The notes below the pieces were generated by a model that saw nothing but the letters and a program-made list of their open reading frames with translations, was not told the DNA's origin and did not search any database. The position numbers and the translations under genes are program-made. DNA of 64,000 bases from Octopus vulgaris (Eukaryota), in NCBI GenBank assembly GCA_951406725.2, contig OX597831.1:6138001-6202000 (forward strand), written 5' to 3'. Positions 60,201-64,000 of the stretch are shown piece by piece; the stretch's first letter is position 1, and the number at the start of each line of letters is the position of its first letter.

Positions 60201-62288
60201 CTGGAACAAACTTACTGCAGATGTCATGCATGATTGTCATAAAGTGTTGTAGCTTTTTGTCAATCTCTTCTGTAGAAAGACTGGTTGACCAGTTATGTTC
60301 CATGTCCTCTTTCTTGATACCCTTCCAATCAGCTTTGTGAAAGTTCAGGTTGGAGAGGAGTTGGCTGCTGTGTTTTGCATGTTGGGACATTACGAGGCTC
60401 CTGATGTTCAGCAAGAATACTGGTCTGACATGTAGGGTGTTGGTAGTGGCCACTGGTCTGACATGTACAGAGATGTCAGAAGTGGCATGTCTGACTCTGT
60501 TTCGTTTCTCTTTCTATCAATGATTGTTTAATGGTTTTATTTACTGTGTTTCATTATCAGTGTAAAGTATATTACTTGATTCACTTGCTTATTTTCATAC
60601 TTATTTTATTTTTTTATTCATTGTAAGTTGCTTTATTACTTACACTAGAGGTGCTCTTCATTATAACTGGAGTTTCTAATGTTTACAAGTAGCAAACAAC
60701 AACTACCAAAGCATATTCTAATTCATATAAGTCAAACAGAGATTAAAAAATGCGGTACCTTTTGACAGGTCACCTGACAAGATACATCCAGACCTATGAT
60801 GCACCACATCATACTCACGAAAGCACCAGTGCACTATAAGATAAAACGATTCTAATGAATAATAAAGTCTTGTGAATTCCATTTTCTTTTTCTCATATGA
60901 CATATATATATTTGCAATTGCCATTAACTATATATTTATCAATCTAAGATGATAGCTAATGAAATATTTGAAAGATTTTTTTCTTTTCTATTTCAGGAAA
61001 TACATGGGACAAAGATGATAAATCTGGAATATTCTGCCTTGGTTGTGGTCCCCAGGAAGAATTTTACAATTGTGCTGACATCACAATCGAACCACTTTCT
61101 GACCAAAATGATTACTCTTCCATATCTCGAAGGAAAGTAAATAGTGAAACTATAGATGGGAAGGCCACTGTTGGAGTTAAAATAACTTCAGAAACAATAC
61201 CAACTTTTAGACCAACAACATCGGCTACAGAATTAAAACAACAAAAAGGAAATGTGAAAACACGCAAAATTAATTTATTTGATTGGGTTAATCAACTATC
61301 TCTTAAGAATGGAAAAAATCAATATCTCTTGAACAAAGATGTGGAACAAAAAAATGCTGACAAAATTAAAAAGATTTTTAGGTACAATTCTAAAATAACA
61401 CAATCTACTATAGCATCACCAACTGAGAGATCAATTCCAAAACTAACCAATCTTGCTGTACCACCAAGCAGAAACTCTCGCAGGAATACCAGATTGAAAA
61501 CAAGTAAACCACGTGCTGACATGTCAGCTGAAAAAATTTATTCCCAAAATAGAAAATTGATTGAGACAACAGTCTCTATACCAACTGTGATATTACCAAA
61601 AAAATCTTTTAAAATGTTTACAAACCGAGTTCCTTCTGGGCAAAATTGGTTTGTCAGAGATCATAAAATGACTACTCAAAGATCTCCTGTTGCAATGGCA
61701 ACGCCAAAAGCTTCGTTACCTTCCAAGCCATGTCATAAGCCAAAGACTGTGAGGAAACAAGTAAATAAGGTATCTCAAATTGTTGCTTCACCTGTTGGAC
61801 GGTTTAACTTAGGTTGGTGGGGTGAACATTATTTCAAAGCCCCAGCTACTTCAAGAATTCCAGCAACATGGCCTATAAAGCCAGTTTTGAAATGCCGTGC
61901 GATTATACTTTTATCTGGTGGAATGGATGACTGGTGTTTTGTAAATTGTAATGCTAACTACTGTCCATCAAACTTGTGTCAATGCCGACGAGAATTAAGT
62001 TATGCTCCTTTCTATACATCCAGTAACGACCATGTGGCGGATCAAAGTTTATCATCACATGTAGCAGATGATATTCAACAACCAATACATTTGCCATTAA
62101 CCAATCAATTGCCAAGTCTGTCATCTCAAACAAATGTGGCCCCGCCTCTTCGCAACTCACAATATTCTCCAGTTGTGAACCGATGTAAAGCAATTGGCCT
62201 CCATGCAGGAAATGTTCACTTTGACCAATGGTGCGATCGTAACTGCTTCTCCTTTTGGTGTCCATCATCCCTTTGTCATTGTAGATAA
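44693..62288 (+). CDS. Secreted AA15-family lytic polysaccharide monooxygenase (chitin-binding type-4/LPMO domain) with long linker and two 6-Cys modules; join(44693..44869,59037..59415,60997..62288), 615 aa
   Basis: Signal peptide ending VLS followed by HGRLMDPPARNSMWRFGF...NYNDNELYCGG; CGVCGDPW; LTANHLGWFEFRICP; C..CVFQWKYRTGNTW; GCGPQEEFYNCADI. These are the characteristic AA15 motifs. GT-AG introns in phase; 1848 nt = 616 codons. Confidence 0.93.
45385..45725 (+). pseudogene. Merlin/IS1016 (IS1595-family) DDE transposase relic in LPMO intron 1
   Basis: Across frameshifts: IGSPEKIVEID*...YNRRRVLPEQW.FGGVCRLTK...RDTLE..IRQSILPVATIFSDLWRTY...HKTMDHSIEF...SHTQ, matching VEIDES, WVFGG, I.SD.W.AY, H.TVNHS and HTQ. 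Confidence 0.82.
46575..46870 (+). mobile_element. Putative Penelope-like terminal-repeat remnant carrying a minimal hammerhead motif; related pieces at about 22130-22230(-) and 25350-25410
   Basis: Contains the CTGAAGA..(G)AAAC-GTA motif and shares sequence (ccttct..tcct.ctga.cgtc, ccacgtcctcgc.ttgttg) with 22160-22225 minus. The family assignment is inference. Confidence 0.45.
47600..47830 (+). mobile_element. RTE LINE C-terminal relic (similar scraps at about 48810-49085(+) and 50560-50880(-))
   Basis: LLLHTERQ..HGHVVK...RRPKGRP*VKWLND; at about 50655-50710 the minus strand gives GRLYDACVQTALIHNSETW. Confidence 0.6.
48575..48793. mobile_element. hAT (Charlie-like) MITE, same family as 32463
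   Basis: Same termini and body; perfect 8-bp TSD acctagac. Confidence 0.9.
53245..53745 (+). mobile_element. Retroposon family D with internal tandem subrepeats and (GAT)n tail. Other copies at about 9020-9462(+), 14362-14680(-), 23115-23480(-), 28276-28580(-), 29930-30350(+), 47005-47250(+), 49315-49462(-), 51805-52300(+), 58560-58868(+)
   Basis: Repeated GTGGCACGTAAAAGCACC units, then GAGTGGTTGGCGTTAGGAAGGGCATCCAGCTGTAGAAAC ... CCAACCCATGCTAGCATGGAAAGCGGACGTTAAACGATGATG. Confidence 0.85.
56238..56453. mobile_element. piggyBac-like MITE
   Basis: TTAA-CCCTTTTGATACCA ... TGGTAACAAAAGGG-CTAA; 13/14 TIR match and TTAA-type target site. Confidence 0.75.
56997..57217 (-). mobile_element. SINE family A copy with target-site duplication
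   Basis: Reverse complement of the family A consensus; aatcacaccttattacct present on both sides. Confidence 0.85.
59037..59415 (+). CDS. AA15 LPMO exon 2 (catalytic domain core, second His)
   Basis: Acceptor gtattttAG ending 59036; VQWRHNKGKCGVCGDPW...TANH...QWKYRT; donor GTATGT at 59416, phase 1. Confidence 0.94.
59518..59914 (+). mobile_element. SINE family C. Other copies at about 6405-6960(-), 8550-8860(-), 11160-11496(+), 14077-14240(+), 26652-27033(-), 55078-55146(+)
   Basis: GCAGGAGTGGCTGTGTGGTAAG (A-box-like) ... GGTTCAGTCCC (B-box-like) ... internal (TA/TG)n ... GCTCCAGCATGGCCGCAGTCAAATGACTGAAACAAGTAAAAGAG end. Confidence 0.85.
60170..60400 (-). mobile_element. LINE ORF2 fragment (between endonuclease and RT) in LPMO intron 2
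   Basis: LNFHKADWKGIKK...NWSTSL...ICSKFVP resembles the NF.KADW...W...I...VP linker pattern. Confidence 0.55.
60997..62288 (+). CDS. AA15 LPMO exon 3 (end of catalytic domain, linker, two Cys-rich modules)
   Basis: Acceptor ttctatttcAG ending 60996; GNTWDKDDKSGIFCLGCGPQEEFYNCADITI continues without a stop into the 61254..62288 ORF; TAA at 62286-62288. Confidence 0.92.
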
Positions 62289-64000
62289 CTCTAAAATATT
62301 TTTGTTTGACTGTTTTTCAAGACATTCCAGTTGCTATGTGTATATTTTTGTATGTATTTATAAATTTTATAAATTTTTCCAATGACAATTGCAACTTGCT
62401 CATAAACAATATGCTGGAGCAAAGCAACAAGACATTGTAATATTTGTTCAGCATTCAACAGACACACTGTGGAGAATAAGTGATTGGAAACCAACTTTAT
62501 AGTTTTGGAGGGTTTTTTTTTTATTTTGATTAGACAAAAAGTCAGTCATCAAAGAATTTGAAACTAAACTGAAGCAAGTATATTACTGGTATTCATCACT
62601 TAGTAATATAAAAAGCAAAATCAGCTGTGAGGGGATATGAACTCAGATACATATCATCTCAAACTATATACTGTAAAAGATCAAGTCTGGTGCTCCACCA
62701 TTCGTACAATGATGGATCAGTTTTGACAATGAACATTCAATTGCTCAGTCAATTGAACTCTTTAAATTAACAAATAGTTGGATATTCCATAGACATGGGT
62801 ACCCTGAACATATATTCTCAGGCCAAATCAGCATTACACTGTACGTAACAAGGCTGGACTTTTGAAATACAGGGGTAAAATCCATTAACTGGACTTCTAC
62901 ATAATTTCAGTCTACTCCGTTTCACTCACAGGACATCACACTATGGGACTGAACCAAGGATACTGGGATTGCAAAGCGAACTTCTTAAACCATTTGACCT
63001 TGCCTGAACCCATAATAAACAATATCTACAACAACAATGACTCCTTACTTAAGTACAAAGCCAGCGGTTTTGAAGGGTTGAGATTGTAGTGTATGCCATT
63101 GGCTTCAGTGCTTGACTGGCACTGTTTTTATCAACCCCGGAGCAATGAAAGATAAAACTGACACCAGTGGAATTTGAACTTAGAACATAAAGAGTCAGAA
63201 GTACTATAAAGCATTTTTTTTTCCAACACTCTAATGATTCTGCCAGCTCACCAGCCTAACAATAATAAGAAGAAGAACAATCATAATTCTTTCTAATTTT
63301 GGCAAAAAGCCAGCGATTTTAAGGGGAGGGGACAAGTTGGTAACATCGATACCAGTACTTGACTGGTACATATTGTATTGATCCGAAAAGGATGAAAGAT
63401 AAAGTTGACCTCAGTGGAATTTGAACTCAGAAGAAATGCTGCCAAGCATTTTGGCCAATATGCTCATGATTCAAATAATGGAGAGACGTGTCCACACATA
63501 TGGAGATGCACACCCATACATATAAACATGGTACATAGTTGCAAAACACACACACACACACAGACATGCACACAGAGGGAGACAGAGGTGCATACATATA
63601 CACACACATACATAAAAAATACACAAACACGGACATGCAGCACATGAATATGCAGGATACATACATACAGATCCACACACATACATACATACATATATAT
63701 ATATGCATACACACACATATATACATACACACAAGCATACATACATACATACATACATGCATAGGCACACACACACTGACCCACACACATGCGCACAAAC
63801 AAACAAACAAAAAAAGGAACGCAGTGTAAATAACGGACAAGAGTCAAGACTATTGAAAAGGTTGCAAGATGCAAAAAAAATTTTTTAGGAAAATAAAAAT
63901 AAGAAATAAGCGGAAATTTTACTGGTGAGTTTGTTAAGTTATAAGACATTAAAGGAAAATGACTCTCCCCAGACACAACAGAATAATTTCTAGAAATAGA

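Noticed and set aside
61254-62288. 344-aa ORF as a stand-alone gene
   Set aside because: It starts at a GTG, is in frame with the upstream QEEFYNCADI segment, and is simply the remainder of LPMO exon 3.

Overview
AT-rich, repeat-dense eukaryotic genomic DNA, most likely from an octopus or other coleoid cephalopod (inferred from the SINE families and the 5S sequence; not provable here). Most entries in the ORF track are artefacts of microsatellites and retroelements. I could assemble two spliced + strand genes by hand with GT-AG, phase-consistent junctions. The first is RBM48, an RRM protein of the minor spliceosome (6 coding exons, 4422-17865, 462 aa, probable 3'UTR intron). The second is a secreted AA15-type lytic polysaccharide monooxygenase (3 exons, 44693-62288, 615 aa) with an intact histidine brace, a long basic/Ser-Thr-Pro linker and two 6-Cys C-terminal modules. 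Also present: a full-length 5S rRNA copy in RBM48 intron 4; four abundant SINE-like families; RTE and CR1/L2-type LINE relics; mariner, Merlin and Helitron relics; and hAT-, piggyBac- and mariner-like MITEs. The main second-look items are several minimal hammerhead-ribozyme-like motifs (the three intronic ones all sense-strand and damaged at the catalytic core), an ATG-TGA-TG uORF overlap plus hairpin upstream of the RBM48 start, a 5S copy lying between piggyBac-like ends, and several foldback structures. Repeat boundaries are approximate; exon boundaries were read base by base.
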